NCBI RefSeq assembly: GCF_964355755.1
Contig: NC_092671.1
Span: 24,936,070-25,000,069, forward strand
Direction: 5' to 3'
DNA: 64,000 nt
Source of the DNA: Antedon mediterranea
Lineage: Eukaryota; Animalia; Echinodermata
Shown: piece by piece, positions 52,288-64,000 of the stretch
Layout of the letters: each line of letters starts with the position of its first letter
How positions within the stretch are numbered: position 1 is the first letter of the stretch
Position numbers and translations under genes: made by a program
Notes under the pieces: model-generated
Database searches by the model: none
Seen by the model: the letters and a program-made list of their open reading frames with translations, nothing else
What the model was told of the DNA's origin: nothing

Positions 52288-52449
52288 GAAGACGCTCCCG
52301 TCCAGCATTACGCTGCATTGATCTTTGCTAATGTTGCAACAACGGAGGGAATACACAGCGAAAAACTGTGCAGTAACGAGACTGCTCAACTTTTATGGCA
52401 TTTATTTACACACTGTACTGCTGATGCTTTGAAAGTTACAGCAATAAAT
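52288..52449 (+). CDS. ULK4: ULK4 internal exon
   Basis: tttgtag|...|gtaatt, phase 0-0. EDAPVQHYAALIFANVATT...LWHLFTHCTADALKVTAIN. Confidence 0.94.
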
Positions 52450-53167
52450 GTAATTGACAATAATATTTTGTAATATGAATTTGAAATAAATATACTGTAC
52501 TGGTGACATCCCTTAAAGCTCAAGTACAGGCGTGAATTTTAAATGTAATATTTGGTTAATTGTACATAAATCGGAAATATGTGCAACAAAAAAACTTGAA
52601 TATCCCTTAAAATGGTAAAATACGCTACAAAATTTGGAAAAATTCTGCTATAAAAACATCAAAGACTTTTCTTTAGTACAGTAAGTTAGGTAGGTTAACC
52701 TAATGTAATCACATGTCTGCTGACTCCCTAGCAAGGGGAAAAAAGATTGGATAATTTTTTTCTAAAGCACGAAAATAAAAATCTGAAGTTGAATAAAACA
52801 AAAACACTAGAAACGTAAAATTCAAGTTATATTACCTATATTAAGCCATCTGATAACATGTTTTACCACACAGTTTATTTTTCATAGTATTTTTAAAATG
52901 TCTCTATATATATACAAAATTAATTTGTGTACAAAAGAATAGAAATTTTACTGTGTATTTATCTCCCCACTGATAAGTGCTTATTTTCAACAAGATCAAA
53001 TAAAATTCAAACAAAACATAGGGGAAACTATAGATCAATAATAATAATAATTATTGGAAAGTATGATCAATAGAAATGTGTTGCCCTCACCTGGCCTTAA
53101 GCATACATTGTACTATAAGGTACTATTATGTAATTGTATTCTTTGTTTATCTTTTTGTCTACCACAG

Positions 53168-53350
53168 GCATTGTGCAGGTTAACCAGACACTCTGTGTCC
53201 ATATTTCAAGCTGTCATTGATAAAGTTGGCCTACCTGTGATATTGGATGCATTTAATGTGACCATCAACAAAGTGCAACAAGCAATGGCCACCATGTTCA
53301 TAGCTTTACTGGTAGATGGTGTTCACTTGCAAAGAATCATTCATGATAAG
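53168..53350 (+). CDS. ULK4: ULK4 internal exon
   Basis: cag|...|gtgtgt, phase 0-0. ALCRLTRHSVSIFQAVIDKVGL...KVQQ...GVHLQRIIHDK. Confidence 0.96.
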
Positions 53351-53712
53351 GTGTGTATGTTAGAGAGAGTTTGTATGTTTGTTTACACAAATGTTTCTTA
53401 TATCAAAATGGAATTGCACTGGGAAAGTTTACGCTACATTTAAAAATTAAACTTCATCATAAAATTAAACTTCATCAATATGGAAGCCAAAATGACGTAT
53501 AAAATCTCCGGTTTTCAGTACATAGGCTACGTTAATGTCACCCTCCTCCATCTCTGTTGTTTGAATGATCTAAGATGTTGACAATGGAAGCTTTTACCTT
53601 TCAAAATTAAAACTAACGATCATCCCAATAGAATCTTTTAATTAAATTATTTTGTTGATCCAATAAAATTATAAACCTGTTTTTTAACTAATTTGAAATC
53701 TTTAATTGTTAA

Positions 53713-54533
53713 CACGTTCACTGCCACGGCGTATTTATACGTCAAAAATTGTGTGTCGCTACTTGCCAAGACGTAATACTACGTCAAAATCGTAGCACTT
53801 TTGTATTGTATGTAGAATCGCTGGCAGTGGTGATTGGAACAGGAATTATCGCATGGCAGTTTATGAATGATGTACGTAAACGATAATCTAAAAATAAATG
53901 TCATATGTTTGTTTGTGTTTATTCCCTCATGCATTGAATATGGTTGATACGATGGCGCCCTCACACTCAATATAATCATCTCAAACATGTCATAAATTGC
54001 GCTAATAGTAAATAAAAATAATAAAGGATGAAATGATTCAGTGTGGTTTACTGTTTTTATCTCTCGATGATAGGGTGGGTCAGAGGATGGGGGTCAGATA
54101 TTGACCCCAGCTTGTGACGTCATTGGAAATAAATACTTTATCTACATCATCTTCATCGTCTGCCATAAGTATAGCTATAGCTTGGTCAGCACTAATGTTT
54201 CCCGCCATTGTGAAAAGCAATGTGGGCACTGATGTACCGCATGCACGTGGACAATGACGTATGAGCGTGGACAATGACGTATATGAACAGTTTGACCGAT
54301 TTTAGCGCGGAAAATTCCCGACGTATATTTACGTTCCTGGCAAAGTCAATAAAATTGTTGGACCATTGCCAGTGACGTATTTATACGTCTCAACGGTTTT
54401 TCCCGCCATCGTATTTTGAATGACATCATGATAGTCTGTGACCAGATGTTACACTTTCAAACTGTAATTTAATATGTAAACGGGACTTGGCACTGGGACA
54501 GAAATTACGGAAAATGCCTTGGCAGTCAATGTG
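53713..54533 (-). mobile_element. Non-autonomous piggyBac-type element
   Basis: TTAA on both sides; TIRs cacgttcactgcca / tggcagtcaatgtg; subterminal gacgtatttatacgtc repeats; an acidic N-terminal-like remnant MAGNISADQAIAILMADDEDD on the minus strand. Confidence 0.8.
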
Positions 54534-57500
54534 TTAATATCATATTTGAATAATATATTTTAATGCTGAGATATACAGTATATATTACTAATTAATCAGG
54601 ATTACATGCTTTCTTTTTTCATGAATGGTTTTGCATTTTGGTTCACAGATCACTAAGGTATAATACATAAGAGATTAGTTATCATTGTTATCAGTAATCA
54701 AAATGTTGTCATCATCATTTAAAAAAATATCATCCCATTAGTCTGCTATAAATGTTTCTCAAATGTGTACCTTATTCACATTACTCTTTCATTTTGGTAA
54801 ATATGGGCAAAAGTATTTTTTTTTAACTGGTTTCACACTAAACTGAGCTTGTCCTGAAATGTGTACACTCTCCATTATAATTTTTTTTATCATTTAAAAA
54901 AAATGAAATGTTCTTTTTTTTAAATTAACTTTCTTATAAAAACTCTTTACTAAAAGTTAAAAATAGAGTTGAACTTAATTTTAACTTTGACAAATTTCTC
55001 ACTGGCTTTCTGCCAAAGCCAGCCACATCCATTAGTAGTAGTTCAAAATGCTTTGCCAAGTTTTATAAGCTGTAGACCTATTACAAATTAGATTTTTCCT
55101 TTATTTTGTCAGAAATTTCACCTGCTATGTTTAAATTACATAACTACATATAAACTATAACAAAACATGTTTATAAATTTATATGAAGATATCCAGTTGT
55201 TTACATGAATGTTTATATATTAATAGTCCCATTCACGTTCGCCACAAAAGAATCGAGAGGCAATACTTTCAAGAACAACATTTCGTGGTCACCCATGATA
55301 GGATCCGCACTTGCTCAGTGGTTGACATGATTGATAACCTCGCAAGCTAATAATTTCAAATTTTAGAGTGGGTTTATTACTTAGTAATTATCAATTATTA
55401 AATTAATTTTGTTGTTGCAAGTATTTAGTAGTGTAATCATTTTACGCTACCATACTTTCATTTTTACACTCTAGACAAATGGTGTAAACATGTTCTCTTC
55501 TTGTTTTGCTAACTCACCATCAGGGAATCATTACCTTTATCCCGTAATTAACACACGGTCTTAACTACTTTGTTCCGGTTTTTGTGGTTTTTCGAAATAG
55601 AAAAACACACTGCCCTCTCTTGAAATTACTTTCTATGGGATGATATTCTATTTCACAGAAAATTCAGGCTCTTTGATGCAGCATTGAGATATTTAAGTTC
55701 ACTATAATATCTCTATGGACATAAGGCTAATTGATATTAGTTTGTTAGTTTTTTACATCTGTTTTGCCAAAATCATGCATTGCCATTGTTATTTGTTGTT
55801 CATTAGTTATTTATTTTAAATTTGATTATTGTTCAGCTTCTTGAAGTACTGTTAATTAGAGATACCAAATTTTAATTAGTGTTTTGTAACATTTTCATAT
55901 TCAAATACAAAACATTTATTCCATTTTTAGACTGAAGCCCACTAAATATTTTGTTTTTGATGTCTTTTATAACCAATATAAAATATTATAGGATGTCTTA
56001 TGCTACTTGTTTTACTTCACCTAATTAGCACATATTCACAGATCTGATAAATATATAATATTTTTGTATATCTTAAACACCACTTTCCATTGACATTTTG
56101 CAGTAGATTTACTTGTTTTTGCTTTAACCTCACCATCAAATATTTACAAATAAAATGTGTTTTATAACATGTTTCTATTCACAATTTAACAATATTATGC
56201 TGTATTTTATATATAAATCCAAAGGCAAATTAAAAAATGGCAATGCTGTGGGTATCAGTGGCTAGATATCAATGGAGATACAAATAAAATAAGCAAAAAC
56301 CTAAAATCAAAACGATTAAGTAAAACAGCCATAAATAAATTGAAGAGCTTTCAGTGTATTTGGTACAGTATATATACATATATGTTATGTATTTATATTT
56401 AATAATTAAACGCTGTGAATAAACCTCTGTATCCAGAGCAATGTACCATTCATAACTAGAACACTGGAGAGAGACACCATTCACATCAATCTAGCAACAC
56501 CAGAGTTTTTAAATATAAAAAACCTTTAATACTGCCCATATGTCGCTATGAATAATAGTAATACATTTAGATAAATGCTGAGGATCACCTACTAACCCTA
56601 AAAAACACTGGTGTCTGTACCTTCCACATTGCGTTCTTGGTGTGTGTCCTCTGTGCATTTGTGGATTGTGAAAAACGGATAATGCATCATCACATTAAAT
56701 GGTATTTCTACTTTTACCTTATTATTGAAATAAAAGCAATTCATACATCAAGACAGCTATAATAAATCAATAAAAACACAAATCAATTCCAGATTACGGA
56801 AAACTAAACTAAATCATAATACAAATATATAAATTACACAAAACACAAATTTTCTAAAACTACTTTTCTCCGTTGTGTACAGCAGAAAAGTTGTTAATGT
56901 GTCAATAGTATCCAAATAATGAATTTTTATGAGTGATGGTGAGAATTATTTCAAGAGTTGAAAAATTGTTTGTTCTATTTTTCATCGAATAAAATATTCT
57001 GTCCATTCAATGAATACAAAACATTCATTATTTGTTTTATAATACACCTACTTTTATTCAATTTATTTATTGTAAATCATTGGCGAATGCAAGGTCGGGA
57101 AGCTAGGCCATTTAAAAAGCCAACTTTAGATGCGGAGTAGTTATAGACGGTATTCAAGTTGATAAACCTCTGTATACAGAGCACAGGAATTTTCACGTTT
57201 CTTCACATTTTACTGAAAAGATTTGTTAGAGAAACCACTTTACTTCATCATAGTATGATGTTTGGAGATTGCCATGATAATTGCACATAATTAGTACTTG
57301 AAATATTGTCTCTGTAGACATAATTTACGGGCGTCATAGGTATAATTAATTACATAACTTTTTCAATTGTGTTTTTTTTCCCATAATCATTGAGGATTAG
57401 AATTTGAATTCTGTCTATAGTATCAGACGACGTATGTGGTATTTGGATGTGCTTATTAGACCTTGAAATTAGCTAGCAACATTTCAGCTTCAACTTTTTA

Positions 57501-57920
57501 TTTTTTTTATAATGCTATGGCTTTATTGATTCTTATTTGTAGTTTATATTCTTTATTTTTTTTATATAATGCTATGGCTTTATTGATTCTTATTTGTAGT
57601 TTATGTTCTTTTTTTATTACAGTAAATTAATTTTCTTTTTGGTATTAAAATAATAGAAATTTTCAGCTTATATACTTGCTTTTTGTTGTTATATAATTTA
57701 ATTTAAAGATAATTATTTCATTATAGTAATGGGCACTATTGGACATTTTTTAATAAGCAATAGTCTTGTAAACTTCTAACAATACTCCTGTTTCAAACTT
57801 TTACAAATTTGTTACAAATAAATTTGTATTTGTTTGGGTTTTTTTGATAGCAGACTATTCAATGTTTGATTTCATTTCAGAAACCTGTTTTAATTCTTGA
57901 CATTTATCATATTTTTAAAG

Positions 57921-58048
57921 GATTTAGTTGTAAAGTTAATGAAGCTACTTGATGGAACATCAGTCATTACAAGAGCTAAAGCTTTTCTAGCCGTGATGGA
58001 GATTATGAAATCCAGTACAGATATGATATTAGTTGCTTGTCAGGCTAG
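57921..58048 (+). CDS. ULK4: ULK4 internal exon
   Basis: aag|...|gtaagt, phase 0-2. DLVVKLMKLLDGTSVITRAKAFLAVMEIMKSSTDMILVACQAR. Confidence 0.93.
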
Positions 58049-58990
58049 GTAAGTTGAGGGCAGTAAAACACTTTTTATAGTTCTCAGAACATTTTGTACA
58101 ATATGCCAATTCGCATTGAATTCTTGCAGAAGGAATACACATCAATAAGTTTTAATAAAAAAAAAATTATATCACAAGTTAAATTTTAAATTTGTCACTG
58201 GGCAGTACAATATTTTCACCCTATTTCAGTTTCATAGAACTGGCGTTAAATAAAGAGAATATTTTATGAGTTGGAAGATTGACTAATTGGCGGAGTAAAT
58301 AGAACAGTCAGTCTTTTAAGGAATTAAAATAATAATTCTTATTTCACTCTTTTTCCAATTTTTTAACACACTACCGGTATATAGTATACTTTTATTAAAT
58401 TATTCTGCTGTTTTTATCTTGAAAGATGTCGAAGGTTAGGCAGTTATATGTCACACACTATATGTTGGCTTTTCTAATGCGGATCAGTCAACAACCCTGC
58501 GCCGTACAAAAATATATTTTACAAAAATCTGAACATTCAGTAGTACCATATTCATTATTATATTTCTTTTCATAGTTACCAACCATCTCACATCGTGCAG
58601 GACGGTCCCACATTTCCAAGGGATTTTTAATGAAACACGCATTTTCAAAAATCACATGCGTGACCACACATTTGTCACGCATTTAACCTATGTCTGATCA
58701 TCTCTTATCAAGAAGCGCAATAAGGAGTGCCATTTACCGACCACCTAGATGTGCCATTTATCATGAATTTTTATATGCAAGAGTACCATTTTCGGCCATC
58801 TAGGGTTGTCATTTAACTAAATTTGTTTTGCCACAGGCCCCACTATGGGTCCATGGTCCAAACCCTACAAACACCTCTGGCTACGGGCTTGTAGTATACT
58901 ATCTATAAAATCCTATTGTGACACCTTTACCTCAACATACAAAAGTTATTTAGTATTTATAGTACGGTATGTATTATTTGCTTTAATCAG

Positions 58991-59124
58991 GTTGGTGATG
59001 TATATTGAAAGAGATAGTCAACGACGTCAAAATGGTGGCAAGCAAGAATCTAACTGGGACTACCTTAACAAATGTCTTGTACTAATAACTAACTATCTGG
59101 TAGAAATACTTCCACAAATTATGG
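58991..59124 (+). CDS. ULK4: ULK4 internal exon
   Basis: cag|...|gttagt, phase 2-1. RLVMYIERDSQRRQ...YLNKCL...LPQIMG. Confidence 0.95.
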
Positions 59125-59183
59125 GTTAGTAGAACTTAATGTCTTTTGCCATCGATGGCAATATCTACTGACATCAGGGTATT

Positions 59184-59533
59184 AATCAAAACGGTACTGG
59201 GTTCTGGTTCTATAGTCACAACATGGTAGTATCACGTAAAAGACAGAAATAAGTAGATATATAAATCATCATAAGGTAATGATCATGAAATCAAAACGGT
59301 ACTGGGTTCTGGTTCTATAGTCACAACATGGTAGTATCACGTAAAAGACAGAAATAAGTAGATATATAAATCATCATAAGGTAATGATTATGAAATCAAA
59401 ACGGTACTGGGTTCTGGTTCTGTAGTCACACCAGATAGACTTTCTTCATTAGTGCTTCTATGAATGGATGACTAGTTGGAAGCAGGAACTCTAATAGACC
59501 AAACCAAAGTACTGTTTTGATTTCATGATCATT
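59184..59533. repeat. 105-bp tandem duplication (~2.4 copies) overlapping the left TIR of a small MITE
   Basis: Period 105 (59184, 59289, 59394); aatgatcatgaaatcaaaacggtact is inverted at 59508-59533. Confidence 0.8.
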
Positions 59534-59685
59534 TAGGAAATGACCTCGAGTATGATCAATTTGAGTCCTTTTATATATACTCCATCAGACCCACCATTAA
59601 TTGTTTTGCAAGTATTTACATTAAAAAGTAATGACAATTCGTTTAAATTTCATATTTTATAAACATTAAATTAAAAATGTTTCAG

Positions 59686-59807
59686 GTGATGCTGTGCAAA
59701 GTTTGGAGTCAGTGGCTGGCAGACGACATCCCTCAACTCTCCAAGCCAAACATCTTAAAGCAACCCTTCCTCTTTTACCTGTTTCACTTCATCTTATTAC
59801 AAGCCAG
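59686..59807 (+). CDS. ULK4: ULK4 internal exon
   Basis: cag|...|gtaaga, phase 1-0. DAVQSLESVAGRRHPSTLQAKHLKATLPLLPVSLHLITSQ. Confidence 0.95.
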
Positions 59808-61317
59808 GTAAGATGCAAGATAATAGAGAATACATATACGAATACAAAGGTTGCCCAAACTGCCTATTTTTGTGATAACTTTATTTTTTAATAAACATTA
59901 AAAGACAACATTGGCTAGTATAAATTCTGCAACCAAATGTTTAAATGAAGATTTTACAAAAAGCAATAATCAAAAACAAACATAATAGTCCTATACAATG
60001 ATAACAAGAGCAACTAGTGATTATATGTACTCCGCCATTTCTGATATCCAAAATTAAAAACAGTTAACCCCCCATTTTTTTAATTTCTACCAATTGAAAT
60101 ACTGAACTAAAGTGTGGGAGGTGTCTAATGTAATATAGTATGTATATTATTGTATAAAAATGATGACCACAAAATTTGGTCCAAAATTAGAATCCTAGTC
60201 TGAATTACCTCCATAATTGAATGGAGTCATTTCCTAGCTATAATTAGTAAAATATTAAAAAGTGGTCCAGAATAGTGATCATGATCCGGATTGCCTCCAA
60301 TATTCATTAGAGTCTTCCATAACCATCCATGTAGTTTAAATGTGGTAGGCCAGAACATTGAACATTCGGAAAGGCTACGCTAGCGCGTTTTCCGCTGTAC
60401 TATGGACGCTAAAATAATGATATCGATCTTCATAAAGATGGCCTAGAAATTGGATGAGCAAAACTAATATTTTCGGGATAGGTACGACCCATTTGACTAA
60501 CTTTTAGAAAACTGTATCAGCTGCCAAGGGTCGCTGTCATTGATAAAAATAAATAAATGTTAATTTGATTTAAGTTTAGAGCGAATGATTTTCATATGTA
60601 TTTCCGACTGTTGTGATCTTTCTCTATTTTCAAATAATAAAAACAATAGTAGCCAGAATGCGCACTCTTTTGTTGGGAGTGAAAATACAGAGATAAAATG
60701 TTATAGCGCCGCCATCGCTAAGAGAAAAAATCTAATGCGCACACGTAAGCAAGGATTTTTCTTCTTTTGCTGCCCTCCAGAGTTCAATTTTTCTGCTAAG
60801 ACGGTTTGATAAATAAGATTAAGTTATTTGCCTAAGCACTTCTTAAATATTTCAGCTTAAGCAAAAATATAAGCAAATATTGATAAATGCCAACCCTGTC
60901 TTGTGGTTACAGCCTCAAATTAATAGAATAACAAAAAGTGGTCCAGAATTGACATCCTTGTCCGGATTGCCTCCACAATTTTTCCGTGCCAATCTATCTA
61001 TCTGTCTGTCTATCTTTTAGTTTTGATGTTATACGGACAAACACACAAATACGTATAATATAGACAAGAAGGGAGCCAGCTGTTTTTCCCCCATCCATCC
61101 CACTGCAACAATACCACCCGAATCTTTCCCCTGTGACATTCCCCTCCTCTCCAGCATATTTTTCCATCTCAAAAAAAAAAAAAAAATGGTCAATTAAAAT
61201 AATAATATCAACCTTTTTTCAAGATACTACAATCAAACTTGTTATAATGTTTACTTGTTGCTAATGGATCGATAAGGAATCGAGTTAAAAACTATTGAGT
61301 TTTCTGATTCGTTTAAG

Positions 61318-61426
61318 ATTTTCCGTGGCTGTGTTGCTAATGAGCAGTTCATTACATACATGGGAGAGCTAGTTAGTCATCTAAAATTGATTGATTGTGG
61401 AGAAACAAATATTGACCCAGCTGTAG
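61318..61426 (+). CDS. ULK4: ULK4 internal exon
   Basis: aag|...|gtatgt, phase 0-1. IFRGCVANEQFITYMGELVSHLKLIDCGETNIDPAVG. Confidence 0.92.
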
Positions 61427-61519
61427 GTATGTATAACCGTAATGATTATTCTATTAAGACTGAAATGATCTGTATCTATTCTATAAACAGCTGAAAATTA
61501 CTAGTCAACCTAATCATCA

Positions 61520-61750
61520 TACATATAGATAAACTCACTCTCCAAGTGCCTAAAACAAACTTGACAAATTCCCCATTCTCACAAGGCATTTTCTGCCACT
61601 GTACCTTTCCTCGGAATCCATTACATTGTACATATATGTAATTCGTCTACGTTCAAAAAGTTTAAATCTCTTCTTAAAACCCACCTTTTCGATTATAAGT
61701 GCTGTGAGACGTTTTGGTAAAGAGCCTCTAAATATTCATATTTCTTATTA
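61520..61750 (+). mobile_element. Degenerate 3' end of an L2-type LINE
   Basis: Remnant LQVPKT...AFSA...FKSLLKTHLF followed by an aagtgctgtgag...aaata/ttatta tail. Confidence 0.6.
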
Positions 61751-61854
61751 CAGTCCCAACATGGAAGCCCTCTAGCGTCACTTGTCACAAAACATTGTGT
61801 ATATTAATGTCATTATGCGACTTTATTTATTTTTGTTATATGGAATTTTGACAG

Positions 61855-62001
61855 GGCGTATTGGAACAGAGGAATACATAGAAACTGTCTTGTCAATACT
61901 GGAAGCCACAACCCAGCAGCCTGCAATCTTAATGCAACACCAAGAAGCCATTATTGTGTCTGTGTATCCACACCTAGCTGAACTTGTCAACTCTGACAAT
62001 G
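61855..62001 (+). CDS. ULK4: ULK4 internal exon
   Basis: cag|...|gt, phase 1-1. RIGTEEYIETVLSILEATTQQPAILMQHQEAII...VNSDN. Confidence 0.92.
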
Positions 62002-62374
62002 GTTATACATTTTTTTTCTTCTTTAAATTTATGATTTTACTAAACAGTATTAAGCAAAATATTTTTATTAATTAAAATATTCTTATTAATTAAAATTTAT
62101 TTAATTTATTTATTGTGGTATATTGAAAAAAGTTAACAATTTCAAAGCATTCTATAAAGTTCACCATGCTATGATTACATAAAATTGTTTGAAATTCTAA
62201 AAAGTTAAAATAACAATACCAAATACAAAAAAACCATGAAAAATTCAAATCAATGAATATGCAAAAAAATTAAAAATGATATCAATTTCATCTCTGTTCC
62301 ATGTGCAAGCAATAAAAAAAAAAAAGTCTATGTCATCAGCCATCATAGAATTGTTTAGAGTTTAAATGGCAGTT

Positions 62375-62500
62375 AAAGGTTGGTTTCCACTTGGATGCAA
62401 AGCAAGGACGTAGACGCAACGCAAGCGTGTTGACCAATGACCAGCGAAATTTCGAATAATCCGTCGCTTGTGATTTGTCAACTCACTTACGTTGCATTAC
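62375..62500. mobile_element. Partial palindromic MITE
   Basis: gcaacgcaagcgtgttgaccaatgaccagcga / tcgcttgtgatttgtcaactcacttacgttgc. Confidence 0.55.
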
Positions 62501-62636
62501 ATTAGCAGTTTTTAGCCCACACTCACAGATTTTCTCATCTTTATTTTATTTATTGTTATCTCAGTATTAACACTGATTGATTTAGAGTTTCTGTCATTTT
62601 TTCATAAAGTAAATAAATGGAAAAACGTTAAACAAT

Positions 62637-62948
62637 AGGGAGGTTTCACAATCTTAAGAAAACAGATACGTCACACATTTTTGAAAATTTTGAGCTGATC
62701 CATATTTCATATTCGTAAAGCGTATTCGTGTTGACGAATATCACCAGTCATATTTGTAACTACAAAACGAGTATAGTTTTTAATCTAGTTTGCACATTTT
62801 GCATTTGAATCAGGAATGATTCATGATTATAATATAATTGTAGATTTATTGAAAGTAATTTACTAAAAGTAATTGACTAAAATACCAGGTCAATTTTGAT
62901 AAATAGCAGTTTTTAAAGTTCTCACTCGCTTTGATAGGCCTAGGCAGC
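62637..62948 (+). mobile_element. Left-half copy of the 19649-20077 MITE family
   Basis: Colinear with about 19649-19908; ends about 40 nt before the exon acceptor. Confidence 0.8.
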
Positions 62949-62987
62949 TATGCCACAAACTTTACATTCTGTATTTTTTTCATACAG

Positions 62988-63222
62988 GCAGCACAAAAGC
63001 TCTTTGCTTACATATTTTGGTTGAGATCACAAGTCTGTATCTAAATCATAGAAACCTGCAAGTAGATGAGACAGGAGATTCACATGAGAAAGTCATATAT
63101 GAAATAATCAATCAACATGTTATGGGAAATTTAGAAAGAGTTTTGCTGGAACCGGACCCATTCCCAGTATATGCACTAAAGCTAATGTTGGCGCTTGTTG
63201 AAAGAAACCATGATTTTGTTAG
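62988..63222 (+). CDS. ULK4: ULK4 internal exon (last one in the window; gene continues)
   Basis: cag|...|gtaagc, phase 1-2. STKALCLHILVEIT...VLLEPDPFPVYALKLMLALVERN. Confidence 0.94.
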
Positions 63223-63430
63223 GTAAGCTACCTTGATAACATTTACCTTCAGTTATGTACTTGTATCATTATTTCAATTATATCACCCTTGTTGAGTATC
63301 AGCCCTGAGCTTTAGGAGAGGATAGAGTACAAAATGTTTGGCACTACTGTACTATTATTAAATAAAAAAGATGCTAACTAAATTTCAGATGGTGCATGTA
63401 GGTTACATTATATGGGTTAAGCATGTACAC

Positions 63431-64000
63431 AACTCACATCAACTGACTGCAACTCACATCAACTGACTACAACTCACATCAACTGATTACAACTCACATC
63501 AACTGACCACAACCCACATCAACTGACCACAACCCACATCAACTGACTACAACACACATCAACTGACTACAACTCACATCAACTGACTACAACTCACATC
63601 AACTGACTACAACTCACATCAACTGACTACAACTCACATCAACTGACTACAACACACATCAACTGACTACAACTCACATCAACTGACTACAACTCACATC
63701 AACTGACGACAACACACATCAACTGACTACAACTCACATCAACTGACTACAACTCACATCAACTGACGACAACACACATCAACTGACAACAACTCACATC
63801 AACTGACTACAACTCACATCAACTGACTACAACTCACATCAACTGACGACAACACACATCAACTGACCACAACTCACATCAACTGACCACAACCCACATC
63901 AACTGACTACAACTCACATCAACTGACTACAACTCACATCAACTGACTACAACTCACATCAACTGACCACAACTCACATCAACTGACGACAACACACATC
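63431..64000. repeat. 20-bp minisatellite, at least 28 copies, running off the window
   Basis: Unit aactcacatcaactgactac. Confidence 0.98.

Noticed and set aside
61766-61778. CTCF-like motif (gccctctagcg; similar near 29009 and 60771)
   Set aside because: Short partial matches are expected by chance or within repeats; there is no supporting evidence.

Overview
This is AT-rich eukaryotic genomic DNA from an invertebrate animal; the repeat families suggest a marine deuterostome such as an echinoderm, but that is inference. The whole window lies inside one + strand gene, the pseudokinase ULK4. I traced 18 internal GT-AG coding exons (2590 nt, 4603-63222) whose phases join without a stop, covering the end of the kinase domain, a linker and the HEAT/ARM region; the start and stop codons are outside the window. 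The introns are packed with mobile DNA: a three-level nest (pogo-type MITE > Sola2 with ~0.5-kb TIRs > Nin/Deu SINE), a composite 5S+tRNA+Deu/Nin SINE and an internally deleted sister copy, Penelope-like remnants carrying hammerhead ribozyme motifs, three LINE 3' fragments, piggyBac-, Harbinger-, Kolobok- and Helentron-type non-autonomous elements, two tRNA-Val pseudogenes and at least seven minisatellite arrays. The most notable patterns are: (i) TA to TACAGTA/TACTGTA excision footprints, visible directly by comparing paired repeat copies; (ii) tandem arrays that appear to be seeded at transposon ends; (iii) two adjacent, convergent Penelope-type hammerheads. I found no convincing novel protein-coding system; the long ORFs at 13.7-15.9 kb are a by-product of a satellite.
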